NCBI GenBank assembly: GCA_023213395.1
Contig: CM041465.1
Span: 232,383,741 to 232,447,740, forward strand
Source of the DNA: Cycas panzhihuaensis
Taxonomy: Eukaryota; Plantae; Cycadophyta
Direction of reading: 5' to 3'
DNA: 64,000 bases
The notes below the pieces were generated by a model that saw only the letters and a program-made list of their open reading frames with translations, ran no database searches and was not told the DNA's origin. Positions 13,321 to 28,000 of the stretch are shown in pieces (position 1 is the first letter of the stretch; each line of letters opens with the position of its first letter). Both the position numbers and the translations under genes were made by a program.

Positions 13321-14294
13321 ATTGGTATCAGAGCCTAGTCACTCTTTAGGAAGAAGACCTAGAAAGATTATTTCTGACACTGCAGAAGTGTACGAGCAGT
13401 CGTATGGAATTGTACGAATAAAAACTAAAGTGCTCAGAATTCAAAGAAATTTCACCAAAAGGAGTGTGAGGACAAGAGCAACAAACTTCTTCAAAGGGTC
13501 GAAGTCCAAATCTCAACAGAAACTAAGGAAAAGACAGAAACACGAAGGGCACAAGTGCAAAGCATCAACTGCAAATTTCTTCTAAAAAATTTAGGTAAAC
13601 TTTTTCATTGCTCTTAAAATCTCTATCATGAGTATATCTATCTTTTAAGTATAGACATGCTACATAAAAATTTGTATTCTTTTTTAAAAAAGCAAAAAAT
13701 GCCATAAAACCCTAGCCACAAAAATTAATTCAGCACTAAATATCTCCTCTAAAAAGACTCCAATTCAAAAAGCAAATGCAGATCTTGGAAGACGTCTCAA
13801 ATATCCTTCATTTAAGATGCACTTTATTTTTCTATCTGTACATTTCTGTACGACCGTACAGTCGTACGGATCTATACTTTTAGATAAATTTCTACATTTT
13901 TTTTAGTTCTTTTTGAACCCTACACATTAATATATAAAATTTCTGTATATATACATGTATTTATGTATAAAAAAAAAAATCCCAGAAGCCTTCCTCACAT
14001 GCAAGCACATTCCATCAAATTTCTCCTTGGGCATATTGCCATAAGCTCTCTTTAACAAGCAGGCGTATCCCATTCACATTGCTTTCTTCACAAGCAAGTA
14101 CATTAGGCATATTGCCATAAGCCCTTTTCACAAGCAAGTGTATCCCATTTACACATTTTTTTTGCATCAGGCATATTGTTATACACCCTTCCTAAAGGCA
14201 GATGTACCCTGTATACAATCACATCCCAATGTCACTGAACTTTTAACACAAGCTTCGGGAGCAGTGTCAGGATGCTCAAACTTTTCAACAAAAT

Positions 14295-17200
14295 TTGGTT
14301 TCTAGCATGACGACAATGTTTCAACAAATATTGCATCAACAAAATATTCCAACAGTCATTCCAATTCAATATACTCCATTCAAATTGGATGCTAAAATCA
14401 GTATCCCACTTTTTGAAGGTATAATTAATGCAGACAAATTAGATACATGGATTCGAAGTCTAGAAGCCCATTTCAAAACACAGCAGCTTACAAAGCCACA
14501 AAAAATAATGGTTGCTAAGGTGCACATGGAAGAACAAGCACTAATATTCCAACAATCATACTCATGTGATAAACCATTTATTTCACGAGCATAATTCAAA
14601 AATGTGGTTCGCAGTTAATTATATTCCTTGGGATACATCGATGGCCTCACTACACATTGGCTACATCTCTGATAAATGGCAGGCAAACAATTCAGTAGTA
14701 CATTGATGAGTTCGTCAAACTTTCTATATGATTAGAAGTTTTTGACCTAGACCACATTCTCAAGTTGAAATTTATTTGAGGACTCTTTTCATCGTTGCAG
14801 CATGAAATGGATCTTTTCTAGATTCCTACACTTGAGGCAACTTATCAATATGCTCTCAAAATTACAAAGACCGCGGCCACCTCTAGCATCTGCATCTACA
14901 TCTAGGGCATTTAACGTGCCCTGGACAAGTAATACGAGGAAGTATTGTTATTTTCACAAAAGCTAAGGCCATTCAGATGTTGAATGTCGAATACAGCAAA
15001 AACCTCGTACTTTGGTCACCAAGCATCAGGCTATGACAGAATCCACTGACATCATTGAGGTACCTAATCTACAGGCCCTAGATCCTCATATTGTGTTAAT
15101 GATGAATGAATATTCTACTTCTCAGTGAGAGAAACTTTTCACACAAAATTATCAAATTAAGGACAAGTTAGCACTGTATCATTGATAATGGAAACATGAA
15201 GAACTTAATTTCTCAATCGATAGTGGATTCTTTACAACTGGTGACCAAGCCACACCCTAAGCCTTATACTCTTGGATGGGTAAAGGCCAATGGACATACA
15301 ACAGTGGTCGACAAAATGTTCACTATTACTTTCACTATTCCACCATTTCTAGATATTATTAATTATGATGTAACTCCTATGGACTATAGCGACAATCTCT
15401 TGGAGCAACCTTATGAGCATGATCAACGAGCATTATATGATGGGTATTATAATATCTATACACTGCATAAGAATGGAAAGGTGTACAAATTAATGTCTGT
15501 AGATAATGCTTCTTTGTCCTTGGCCATCATCACAGGAAATCTTGCAATCAAACTTGCAAATACCTCCAAGCAAATGGCACTTTGTGTAACTCTTCAAGTA
15601 GAAAAAGAAAATTGTACTAAGATGCCTCCTAAGCAATAAAATCTCTTTTAGATGCGTACTCTGATGTTTTTGCAGAACCTAAGGGTTTACCTCTCTCATC
15701 TACGCTGTGCAACATTCTATTAATCTTGTTCTAGGTTCTCCACTTCCCAGTCAGGCTCCTTATCGCATGGCTCTGCTCACTCGTGTTGAATTGGAAAGAC
15801 AACTAACACAGTTGATTAATGAAGGCAAAATTCAGCCTAGTTGCTCTCCTTGTGGTTCACCTGCAATTCTCATTCCAAAAAAAGATAAAGAATGGCGTTT
15901 ATATATTGATTACCGAGCCTTAAACAAAATCACTATTAAGAATCGGTATATGTTGCCTCGCATCGATGATTTGTTGGATCATCTTAAAGGAGCCACATGT
16001 TTTATAAAAATTGATTTGGCCTCTAGATACCATCAAGTTCAGGTCGACGCTCAAGATACGTGGAAAATAGCCTTCAAGACTCAGAATGGCCTTTATATAA
16101 GTGGTTAGTCATGCCCTTCAGTGTGACTAATGCTCCTGCTACTTTTATGTGACTCATTAATGATATTTTTCACTTGCATTTAGGTAAATTTCTCATTGCT
16201 TACCTTGATGATATCTTGGTCTTCAGCAAAAATTTGGACGAACATCTACAGCATGTCAACATCGCCATGGCTTTGTTACATCAACATCAACTCAAAGCCA
16301 AATTTTAAAAATGTTTCTTCACACAAGACTCTATCTCTTATCCGGGATTCATCATTGACAAAGACGACATCCATGTTGATCCAGATAAGGTTTGAGTTAT
16401 TCAGCAATAGCCAACCCCTTCTACTTTAACTGAACTCAAAAGTTTTCTTGGTTCTATAAACTTTTATAGAAAATTCATCCCTCACTTTTCTAGCATTGCC
16501 CATCCTCTTAATATTCTTACCAAAAATTTCACAAGTTTTATCTAGAACTCCTCTATTGAATCAACTTTTCAAAAATTCAAGATTGCCCTCTATACTCCAC
16601 TCGTTCTTCATCTTCTCAATCTTTCTCAACCCTTTGAACTAGAAATTGATGCTTCCCAATTTGCCCTTGGCGTCATTCTTAAGCAGGGAGGACATCCTAT
16701 TGTTTACCATTCTAAACCCTTCTCCTAAGCCAAACTCAATTATAACACTTATGACAAAGAATTTTATACTCTTGTCCAAACATTGTGTCATTAGAGACAC
16801 TTTCTCCTTGGCAAAGAAACCATTATTCATATTGAGCACCAGCCACTACAGTTTCTTAACTCACAATCCAAAATCTAAGAACATAGACATCTTAAGTGGG
16901 CTTCTTATATTTAATAATTCCAACTTGTCATTAAATACAAAGAAGGAGTTTCTAACAAAGTTGTTGATTTCATCAATCGACCTCCCACCTTATCCTTAGC
17001 ATCCTTTCTCACCACCACACTTAATCCATATTCTGAATGGCAACATTTGCTTCCCTCTGATCCCCACTTTGGTCCTATCCTTATTGCCTTGTCTCAACCC
17101 ATTCAATCCAATCTTGAACCTTTCTTAGATTATCAACTTAAAGATGGACGCATGTGCAAAATGAATCATCAGTGTGTTCTAGTGGGCGCTCCGCGACAAT

Positions 17201-18500
17201 ATATCCTTAAGGAAGTTCATTCTTTGACTTGTGGTAGACACTTTGGAATGCATAAAACTCTTCAGCATCTTCAATGATACTTTTATTAGCCTTCTATGCC
17301 AAACACAGTTGTGGATTATATATGACGTTGCTCTCTCTGCAGTCTATTCAAACCATATAATTGTAAACTTGGACTTTATCAATCGCTTCCCATTCCTAGT
17401 CGACCTTGGAAATCTATTTCAATGGACTTCATCAGCCGGCTCCTACAATTCAACATGGTCACGATTGCATATTCACTATTGTTTGTTGGTTCTCAAAAAT
17501 GGCCATTTTTATTCCCTGCACAAAAAACATCTCTACTCCTCATGCTACAGACTTATTTTTTAAGTATGTTTGAACTCATTATGGAGTTCCTCTTTCTATA
17601 ATTTACGACAGGGATAGTCGATTTCTTAATTATCTTTAAAGTCTCTTTGGAAGATACTTGGTTGTCAACTTAAGTATTCAACATCATTTCATCCTTAGAC
17701 TGACAGACAAACGGAAGTGGTTAATCACACCCTAGTATATGCACTTCGCATTTACCAACATAGCAATCAACAATGGAATACATATCTTCATTATGTCCAA
17801 CATAGCTACAATAGAGCAATTCACGTTTCTATTGGACGATCTCCTTTCGAAGTTTGTTATGGATATCAACCACTTACTCCTTATGAACTATCATTAGATG
17901 TACCTTCTCTTGTCACAGGGCATGAACAAAAGGAACAATAGAAAGCAATTTCTTTTATTAATCACATGACCAAATTACACTCTAAGATCAGTCAGATTCT
18001 TCATCAAACACAAATCAAATATAAATCTACTCAAGATCAGTACCGTTCTACAGGATTTTTTAAAATTGGTGATAAAGTCTAGCTCCACCTTGATCATAAA
18101 CGGTTTAAGCATCACCACAAGCTTAAACCTATTCTATTCCATCCATATAATATTCTTCAAGCAATAGGACCAAATGCATTTTGCATTGATCTACATGCAT
18201 ATTTGGGAATTCATGATATTGTTAATATTAATCAGTTCAAGTTATATGAGCCACCACATTTGGAAGTTGAACCTCCTCTTATTCATCCTATTGATACAAT
18301 TCCAAATTTTCAACCTCTTCTTTCTGAAGACACCAATCTCGATACAAGACATCGACAGATGTGATAATGCACTATGACTACATATCTCCTTAGACGTAAA
18401 GGAACTCTACCCACCAATACCAAATGGGTTTTTGCATTAGCACTCTAGGAATATTTTGCCTATCTTCAGCAGAAATTAGGATCAATTTCTTTTTAAGCAG
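14295..18500 (+). pseudogene. Gypsy gag-pol pseudogene
   Basis: gag IPLFEGIINADKLDTW; PR PHPKPYTLGW; RT SPCGSP..DYRALNKIT..LPRIDDLL, and YLDDILV at ~16201; INT fragments 17047-17941; many stops and frameshifts. Confidence 0.92.
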
Positions 18501-18508
18501 GGAGGAAA

Positions 18509-18856
18509 TGATGAGTATAGTCCTAATGTCCTAATCTTAGTTTCTAAAGTAATATTGTAAAAAGATACTTAGAGTACCCAATTATATACAACATTGTAAA
18601 AGTGACTTAAGGAACCTAATTATTAATTAGGTACACAGGTGACACATGTCCCACATATAAGCTAACTTGAGTTTGTATAAAGATGCACAATTTCCAAAGA
18701 AATGAAGAAGAAAAGAGACATTCTTTCTTACCCTCACCTTTGGCTTTATTCAGGTTTTGCTTTTTCTTGATAAAACTCTAAGGCTTGAAGGAAACTACTG
18801 CTCTTGTATATATTCTGTGTCTAAGGCAAGGGGATACTGAGCAAAAAACCATATCA
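18509..18856 (+). repeat. 3' LTR of the Gypsy at 12964-18856
   Basis: TGATGAG...CCATATCA, following the PPT. Confidence 0.93.
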
Positions 18857-21615
18857 AAGAGCCATGAAAGAAATCACAAAGGCATAGTCACAATTTGTCG
18901 ATTTACATTTAGTCGCCACAATTTATCCATTTATAAACAAAGCCTAGATTCTGACTTTAGTGTAAATCATTTACTAAAGTCATATGTGAATTTAAGTGTT
19001 GATTCACTTGTAAAGTCCATTTAGCAATTTATGTTTGGAGCCCCTGGTCATTTTGGAGTCTGTAAAAGTAATTAGATCCAAAGATCACTTAATATGGGAG
19101 ATCGATGTAATAGATTTGACACTATAATATTCAACTGGCTCATGAAATTGTCAAGCTTTGATTTGTGCTTTGTTGGTGAAAGTGATGGTACTATACTTAC
19201 AAATACCTATTTAGGGTTTGTGTTGGAGACTGTTGTAAAGATTATTGAGAGGATTTTGTCGGTGAAATTAAGGCAAACTTGAATAGTCTGCTAGCCCTCT
19301 AGAGCTTCAGCGTTTGATCGTATGGAGTAATCAAGTGAGTAGGTGCTAAAGTGAAAAAGGTAGTTTCATATCAACTTCATCAAGATCTTACAATCCAAAG
19401 ATAAAGTATTATTTTGTATCTTATGAGAAAATTGTAAAAGATTAAGAAAGTGCTCTTTCCTTCTGTTGATTTGGTAAGGTTAAGAGAGAACTTGTGTTGT
19501 TGTTCAGAAGAAAAAAAGTAGATCAAGGTCCTCATTATAAAGAATAAAAAGATACATGATTAATATTTGCTCCAGTTAGAATTATTTATTATCATGGCTA
19601 TGTTTTTACTAATTGAAGAAAATTATTCAAAATGGTCACCTGATATGAGATATTGGTTTATTTCCTTTAGTTGGTAAGACATTGTTTTTTAAGGCTATAC
19701 AAATCCAACCCTAGAACTTCAAAAGAAGGATGCTTGTGCACTTAGTTGGATTCATCGTACCTTGAAGATAAACACATATTGTTACGTCCGTGATAGTGTT
19801 GAAGAACTAATTTGTAGATCATACAAAAGATGGAATATTCTAAAAGAGAAATTTGATCCAAAGCTAAATGACCAACATATAGGTAATGAAGAACTTGAAA
19901 ATAATATACGTAAGGATGAAGAAAGCATTGCTGATGAATGTTGTATTGAAGATGATGAAAAGGAATGTTAATATGATGAAGAGACTATTTTTGAATGCAC
20001 ATCTACTAAATGCATTGTTAATAGGACACTTGATGAGCATGTTGAATGTGATGAAATCATTAAAAGACCAATTGGTGGTTGTAATGAAGTAACTCAAGAT
20101 GTCAAAAGGTTCATCACTTACCTCTAGTCTTGTTACTTCAAAAGAAATTGAAAATGAATCTAATAGCCCTATTATTACAAAGAAAATTATAGATGTACCC
20201 ACTAATCATTTAGAATTTGAAGCTAAAGGTCGTATAACTCAAATAATTGATACAATAGACATGGTTTTATCAATGTGTAACTTTTTTTATCAGGTCACAT
20301 CAAATCAACTAGAGCTTAGTAAGTTGAAGCTTAGCCTTGGAATAGATGGCACTGCTTTGGCCAATTTACAACTAGTTGATATTGAAGTATCTCATGTTCT
20401 CAAACAAATTTTATCCCTAGAAATACAGAATGATTCAATTTACCAAGGGAGTGGGATTGCATTAACTATAAATGATTTAGGAGCTACATACTTGATGGAA
20501 TTCATGATTACAACTAGGAAGGTTGGTGCCAAACTACAACTAAACTATAGTCTTGTGATTGAATGTGTTCACACCAAGTCTTTCGTAATTTGACTTGGTA
20601 TTACAAATGTGGCCATGGACATTGTTGCAAGTTTTGTACTTGTTGCTTTAAGAGAAACGTTTTACACATTCATATAAAGTGCAAAAACTTCAACACCTTT
20701 GATTGATATGGGTGGAACAAATCTGTTGGTTGAGAACTATGAGGAATTACTATCCATCTATCTCTTCTTCTCTCTTCAAGACCTCATAGAGTTTTTAGAA
20801 TGTCACTTTTTCTAGCTCATATTCTTATTTAATGGGAAACGATGTTATAGATATAACACCAACTATCACGTTTCAAAACTTTGAAACAGAGATTCATAAA
20901 ATAGGCAAAATAGGTAATTGGAGAAAAGTGCTTCATTGGAAAGGACCTATCATCCAAATCAAAGGTTGTTACTGCATTCAAGAACTGAGTCAAGTTGAAG
21001 ACCATGCCTCAAACATCACCTTCAAGACATTTCCAAGGATGAAATGTTGCAAATTCAAAAGATGACAAATGCACATTAAAGGGGGCTTGTTGAAGTAATT
21101 AAATATTATAGAGTTAGAATATTATATTGTAATGCATATTTGTGCAAGTAGGTGATCTTTGATTTATTGGTCAAACAATAGGTAGAGGTTAAATCAAGCA
21201 TTTCCTAGTCATTATAAGTTTGTTCTTAGGGCATAGTTTGAAAATGTTTTGTTATGACATTAAAAATTGTGGGGGGTGGTGTTAGAAATAATGTTTAATG
21301 TTTTGATATTAGAAGTAATGTCTAGTGGTCTAATATTAAATAAAGTAGTATTAATAATAAAATGTGGTAAATGAGTTAGAGTTAAGGAGTAACCCTTTCA
21401 TTGGTAATATTAAAATGAGTCATTAAGGTGTGTACATAGTGGTAATCATAACGGTCACTTCATGTAATTTGTCAAGCATGAGGTGATCGTGCATTATAAA
21501 TATGTACTCATATCAATCATAATATATGATGAAGAAGATCATAATCTGTAAGACTTATTCCTAAATTATATGTCCCAATAGTCCCATATATATGATGATA
21601 CCTATATTTCTGACA

Positions 21616-22011
21616 CTATTGACCTTTCTATTTACTTACAAAAATGTAGAGTTTTTAAGATTTATCACTTGAAATTATCTTCTGCTTTATCAATCTCCCA
21701 ACATTATGGTTAACAATCAATTGTCTCAAAATTGTGAATTTGAAGAAAATCTACAAAACTACAAAGTTGCAAAAACAATTAACACTTTAAAACTTCTAAG
21801 GATATTTATCAAGTTACAAGTAGTTGTTATAACTTATATCTATTAAATCTAATGTGAAAGACTTATTAAGCCCTCTAATTCTGAGTGTTTTATCATGCCA
21901 AAGTAGATCATGTGACTACACTTCTAATTATTGCTCCTTCACAGTCTAAAGATAACTTGTTAAAAATAAACAACTAAGCAACAACTAAGCAAATTTTTGG
22001 GAGTACAAACA
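21616..22011 (-). repeat. Left LTR of the host element, part 2
   Basis: Aligns with 47601-47990; ends TTTTTGGGAGTACAAACA. Confidence 0.75.
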
Positions 22012-22134
22012 TGATTTAAATTGTATTTTTTCTAAACAAGAACAAAATAAACTACATTCAAAAACTACAATATGTGCATGATTAATCCATTCATCATTTG
22101 AACTATCTACTTAAATCAAATGGACGTTGAGAAA

Positions 22135-22616
22135 TCATCCCTCCCTGATCTGGATATGATTAGAATATATTTTATTTCGAGGTAGGGTGATCAAATCATT
22201 CTGAACTAAGGAAGTCATGTCGGCCACCCTGATATTGGGGATGGCTCTAATTTCATAAGCCCATTTTAGGTCGAACAACATGCCATAGATTAGTGGCATA
22301 TCAACCACTATAAGGGAGATCATTATAACAATCTTTGGATATGTTGTTAAATTTACTACTAGATGTTTGATTTCATTAAGAGTGAGCGCTACTTCGGCGT
22401 CCAAGGATCTTACTACTCTACTTTGATACACTCTAATCCCAAGGCCTTCATAACAACATATAACATCATATTATGTGATGTTCTTGTGTCCACAATACAA
22501 TTATGCAAAATGAAATTATCATGAATATTAAGGGAGACATAGAAAGGAGGATATTTAAACTTGAGAGGAAGGCAAGCTACCTCCTTCACCTCATCCTCAA
22601 TCATGACGCTCAACAA
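22135..22616 (-). pseudogene. Retrotransposon aspartic protease remnant (frameshifted)
   Basis: PPFYVSL...ILHNCIVDTRTSHNMM...VMKALGLE, then VVDMPLIYGMLF, typical of non-chromoviral Gypsy proteases. Confidence 0.75.
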
Positions 22617-24711
22617 TTAGCCATTAGTTTGCAAGGTCTTCATGAGTCTGTCATTCTACTCTAGAAGGTTCATGGCTTGATAAAGACTCAAACCTATTGG
22701 ATACCTTGAGAAATCTTTTGTGATATTATATTTCTTAGTAAGTCTATCCACTAGCTAATTCACATTTTGAAGTATACATTGTGCTCTCAAAATCTAAAAC
22801 AGTTTAGGATGAGGAATACTCTGATGTGAATTTGAAGTAGCACTTGTTGTACTGATATTAGAGAAAGTAGGCATTTGTTTAGCTACACCTTGGCCTCCTT
22901 GCTTTGCTACTTGTGCTCTAATGATTACTACCAAGCTAGCTATATTGGGATTTATTCCTTCCTCATTAGTGAAGGATGTTATGTTTACAGTTTGATGAGA
23001 AAAAGAAAAATGGAAAGTGGAAGCATTTTCCAAGCCACCCATGCTACAAAACGATTCCTTGGACCTAATGGTTTGCTCATCAATTAAAGAAGAATAAAAT
23101 TCTAGCACATTCTTAATAACATCTTGCTCCTACTTTAATTTCTTGAATAATGTATGTTCTTGAGGTTCTTCACATTTTGTCTACTTCTAGTGTTGAATCT
23201 CTTTATTCATTTTCATTATCAAGGATTAAATTTAAGAATCTATATGAGTGAGGAATAAAAGCTTCTCTCTTAGGATCAAGTATGGGAAATGACCGTTCTT
23301 TACCATACTTGTTCTACATCAACTCCAATCCTTAAGCCAATTCTTTGGTTTTATCAATAAATTGAGGTAGTTTATAAGCTATTGTGAATATAGTCTCAGT
23401 GTTCAACCCTTCCAAAAACCATTCTAGCTAAACTTCCACTAATGGTTGATAATTTTAGGAACCATCATTAAGGTTTTACTAACATTTCCACATAACCTTC
23501 TACATTTTCCCTAGGGCCTATTTTGATATTAGAGAATTCTTTGATCAAGGCAACAATTGACCTTCTACTATAATATTTGGATTGAAATACATTCATTAAA
23601 TCATTCTAGGTAGTAATAAAGGCATTGGGTAATGATCTGAACCATGTAGTTATGCCTACTTTTAATATATAAATAAATAGCTACATTTATATTCTTGATA
23701 TTAAACATTTATGCTGATATGCATCTTTAGTTAACTTCGCTTGCCACTATTTACTCCACTCCATGGAATGGGAGTAATTACAAAATTAAAAAATATTTGA
23801 AATGACATGGCTAAAATGGTTTCATAATTTTTAGTTCCATGCCTGCTGCCTAACCATATGATAAATGTGATCCATATCTTTCAGATCCACTCCTCCCAAA
23901 TTAGTTATCCACAAGATCCTTAGCTTTACTAATGACACATGTATTAATAAATGCATTCCAATGAAAAATAGTTGGTATAAGCCAACTACAAATATTAGAA
24001 TTTTATAAGTGCATTCAGATTGGAATCAAAGCCTATTGATACTTTTAGACAGTTACAATTTGCACTAGTTTATATATACTCCCTTAAACTTAGGGTAGGC
24101 ATCCCCATTGCCTTATTAGGAACATCATTCAAAAATCTCTTGAGGGCCAAGGGGTCTTTTGTCATTTATGGGATTTGATTTTAATTGCTTCAGTCTTTTA
24201 TTATTTTTGAATTGTCAAAAATGGAATTAAAAAAGTTTAATAAGAATGATTTCAACTTCCACTTGGGCTTCTCTTCTTCTTTGTTCTTAAGGGGAATTTA
24301 ATAGTTCCTCTTCAATACCCTATGATCTACTAAGTCAAATATACAACCTCCTAAGCTCATTAGCTAGTTTGAGGAGTGACTAATGAAAGAAAACAAAAGA
24401 GTTATCTCATGCCTCCAAAATCTTGGAATTCTCTAATATGGTCACCAATCTATTCACCCAAATTTCTATACCCTCTAAGAATACTAAAGAATGTGACTAA
24501 TCTGCAAAATATTTAAAGTTCAATACAAAAATATAGAGATGGCTAATAGGTAAAAAACCCTTCACTTAAGGGGCAACTTCTTTGTTATTGTAGTTGCTTA
24601 TATAGATACATACAATATTTACATGCATTAAAGGCTACTATGCATGGTGGGATATTTGTAAAAGGCTTTACAAATTAGCAATGTTATATAATTTATAGAA
24701 ATGAGAAAAAA

Positions 24712-25090
24712 TGCAGCATATTTTCCTAAGATTATCCTTACGAATCTAATAAAAGAAGAGTTGAGAGAATAGATCAAGCACTTTTATTAACATTAGAGGC
24801 TGATATTACATAATAGATCACACAATGGACACCAAAAGAGTATCAAAATACTTTCTCTTAAAAAAGAAAACAATGATCAATAATACTTTATAAGCAATTT
24901 CCAAACCTTAAATAGACAAAAGAGGGTCTCTCTTCTGTAATCTTGTTGGTGGCCTTAACAGTCTTACATATTATTAGAGGGCTTAATAGCTCATGCATAA
25001 AACTTAATAGTTAACATCAACACTTAACCTCTTTGACAATTTCCACATGTTAGATCCCTCTTTCGATTAAGAAGAGGAAGTTATATTACA
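24712..25090 (-). repeat. 3' LTR of the Gypsy at 24712-44142
   Basis: TG...TTACA; homologous to 43765-44142. Confidence 0.85.
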
Positions 25091-28000
25091 GCCCCCCCCT
25101 CCCCCTAAAACGTTGAGTCCAAAAAGCATTGAAGATGAGAGTGTTGTTAGTCAAATTCTTCAGATTCCTAAGTCACTTTGTCGATATCACAACCAACCCA
25201 CTGTACTAGATGCTTTAAAATAGTGTGATTTTGGAGGCATTATTGATGATTGCCAAGGATTCAATCTAGTAGGACTATAAGGATTTGTTCATTTTTTAGA
25301 ATGGGTAGGGTAGTGTAACATGTAACTTACTACCCAAGTTTTTTTTTTTTTAAGAGACATGAAAGATACTATGGATATCAGTATTAGGGGGAAGTTCAAG
25401 GGCATCGACAACTTCACCAATCTTTTGGAGGACTTTATATAGACCATCATAATGTAATCTTAACTTATGGCTTTGATGAGATTTGAGGGATTATTATTTG
25501 TATGGTTGGACGCAGAGGAGCACTAAATCTCTAATGTCAAATGATCGATCAGACTTGTGGTAGCTCATGAGTTGTTTTATATGGTTCTGAGCAATAACCA
25601 AGTTGTGCCAAGGGTTATGGAGAATTTGGTCCATCTCTTAAAGCTTTTATTGGGTAGTGACAGTTAAAAAATTAGTTGTCAAGATATGGTGTGAAGGGGA
25701 GTAATAACTGTATAATGCCAAAAATGGGGACATACCAATAGTTGAATGATGAGATGAGTTATACCTATATTATGCTAGAGAAAGCTAAGAGGTCTACTTA
25801 ACTTGGTGTTTTAAGGTAAAATAGCATAGGTATATTTTCAAAGTTTTGCTCAAGACCTTAGATTGACCATCTATTTAAGGATGGTAAGCAAAGCTCATGT
25901 TGAAAGGGGTTCCTACGACTCTAAAAAGTTCTTGCCAAAAAGATCCAGTGAACTAGGAATCTTGATCGTAAACAATAGTTGATAGAAATCTATAAAGGCA
26001 AAAAATAAAATAGATATATAGGTTAACAAAATAGGAAGAGGTGTATAAGGTGTGTACTAGGAGGAAATGTGAATACTTGGTTAATCTATCGATGGCTACT
26101 AAGATAGAGTCAAAACCAATGGATGTAGGTAGGCAAGTGATAAAGTCCATGGTGATGTTTTATTATTTGCCTTATGAAATATGTAGTGGTTAGAGGAGTC
26201 CTGGTAGGATTTTGGCATCCACCTTATTCTATTGACATGTATCACACATCCAAAATAAAGGTGAAAATGGTAGGTTTCATATAGAGCCAAGAGAAACCTA
26301 TATGGATATGTCAATGGGTTTTATTAAATCCAAAGTGGCTTCCTAGGAGTGCAGAGTGGTACTTTGTTAAAATTTGAAATATAAACGAGGAGTATAGGTC
26401 TACAAAGATGCAATTCCTAAATAGCAAATGGTTGTTATGGGTCGACCAACCTTTTTGGGTGAGAGTTTTTTCACTCCAACAGGAGATTTTTTTCACTCCA
26501 GCATGCAATTCATCAAGCCAAATAGGGTGAGACTTTGTTATAGCATGAAGACTGGGGTTGGGGGTACTAGAATCAAGGTGCAAACAAGAAAGAGCATTTG
26601 CAACCACATTATCTTTGTTGAGATATAATGTTTTATCTTAGGATTAATTGAGGTCAATGACTTAATCCCTCTTTATGTAACATAGATATTTGTCAGACAC
26701 ATGTCATAAGAACACGTAGTGATTTTAAGGAGTTCATCTCCCTCATAATAAATCAATCAATCGTTTTCATTAATTCGACTCTAAAGTTTAATATGGTATA
26801 AAAGCAAAACAATCTGTCTACCTAAAAGAGAAATTGTTTGACAGAGAAATTATTAGAGATTTATATAAACTAATTCTATCTTTTGAAGGGTGGTCAAGAG
26901 GTTAAGAGTAACCTTAAAGAAGAAGATATACATTTTCCAGAAGATCAAAGAAATTAATTGTGTATGGACCTATACAAACTTGTATAAACGAAGAAATCTG
27001 AGAGTGCTTAGAATTTAACAAAACTTGGCCAGCAGATAGATCTCAGTACAAACGTCATCTTTGCCAACTAGGTTGAAGTCATTTGAGATCATTTTCAAGG
27101 AGTTTTCAATAATTTACTAGTCACACGGGTTTAAGCATTCAAACTTATTTTTTGATTAAAATCCTTTAACATTCTAGGTAAAATCACTTGCAAAGTTTGT
27201 GATTTAATGATACGCCTCTATTAAGTTCAATTTTGAAGACTATTAGTAAGCATCTCTTTGTTTCTAAGCAAATTTCATAAAAACCCTAGTTATGTGTTTT
27301 TGGGTTAGGCTAGTTTTTTAATCGACTAAAGTAGGATCTCCTGAAGATTTTTACATATTTGGATTACTCTCTAAAAACCTTTATTTTGAGACACTTTCTT
27401 GTCTAGTCCATACACCTGTAACTTGTATAGAAATCCATATGAATGTACAATTTATTCATATTCTGTCTATATTCAATCTATTATTATCTCTGTAACAGTT
27501 TTAAATATGGCCTCTTTCATCCTTGCGCTTAGTGAGTAGAATAAATTGACTGAAACAAATTATCATATATGGAAAATCAAGGTTGAAACCTTGTTAAGTG
27601 CTAAAAATTCCTAAAGCATAACCATAGGGACTAGATTCAAACCTGCAATTTTAATAGTGCTCAAATTAGTTGGGAAGAGAGAGACAATGTAAGAGTAATA
27701 GTATTGAAGTTGTTTATTTCTTATTCTCTCCTCGATTATGTTGAAAAACTAAATTCCTCTTCTACAATCTAGAAAATATTTGAAAACATGTACAATCAAA
27801 ATAATTGATCCATGATCATAACACTCAAAGAAGAATTATTCAAATTATATATAAAGGAAACAAAGACAATCTTAGAATTCATTCATAAAGTCATTTTAGT
27901 CAAAAATGATCTTATAAGTGCTGGAGCAAATATAACATAACAAGAAATTGTTGTGATAGTAGAAAGTAAGCTTCTAAAATTAGTTAATGTCACAGTTAAT

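Larger units (their letters stand above)
12964..18856 (+). mobile_element. Full-length degenerate Ty3/Gypsy retrotransposon (CRM-like)
   Basis: LTRs 12964-13320 and 18509-18856; perfect TSD AAGAG (12959-12963, 18857-18861); PBS TGGTATCAGAGCC 13323-13335; PPT 18495-18508; domain order gag-PR-RT-RH-INT. Confidence 0.95.
11967..21615 (+). mobile_element. Non-autonomous gag-only Copia-type element (5' LTR truncated), containing a Gypsy insertion
   Basis: LTR remnant 11967-12230 matches ~21353-21615; PBS TGGTATCAAAGT at 12231; PPT AAAGGGGGC at 21078-21086; 3' LTR 21088-21615 TG..CA; Copia gag N-terminus (EENYSKWSPDMR...KKDACAL) from ~19594. Confidence 0.75.
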
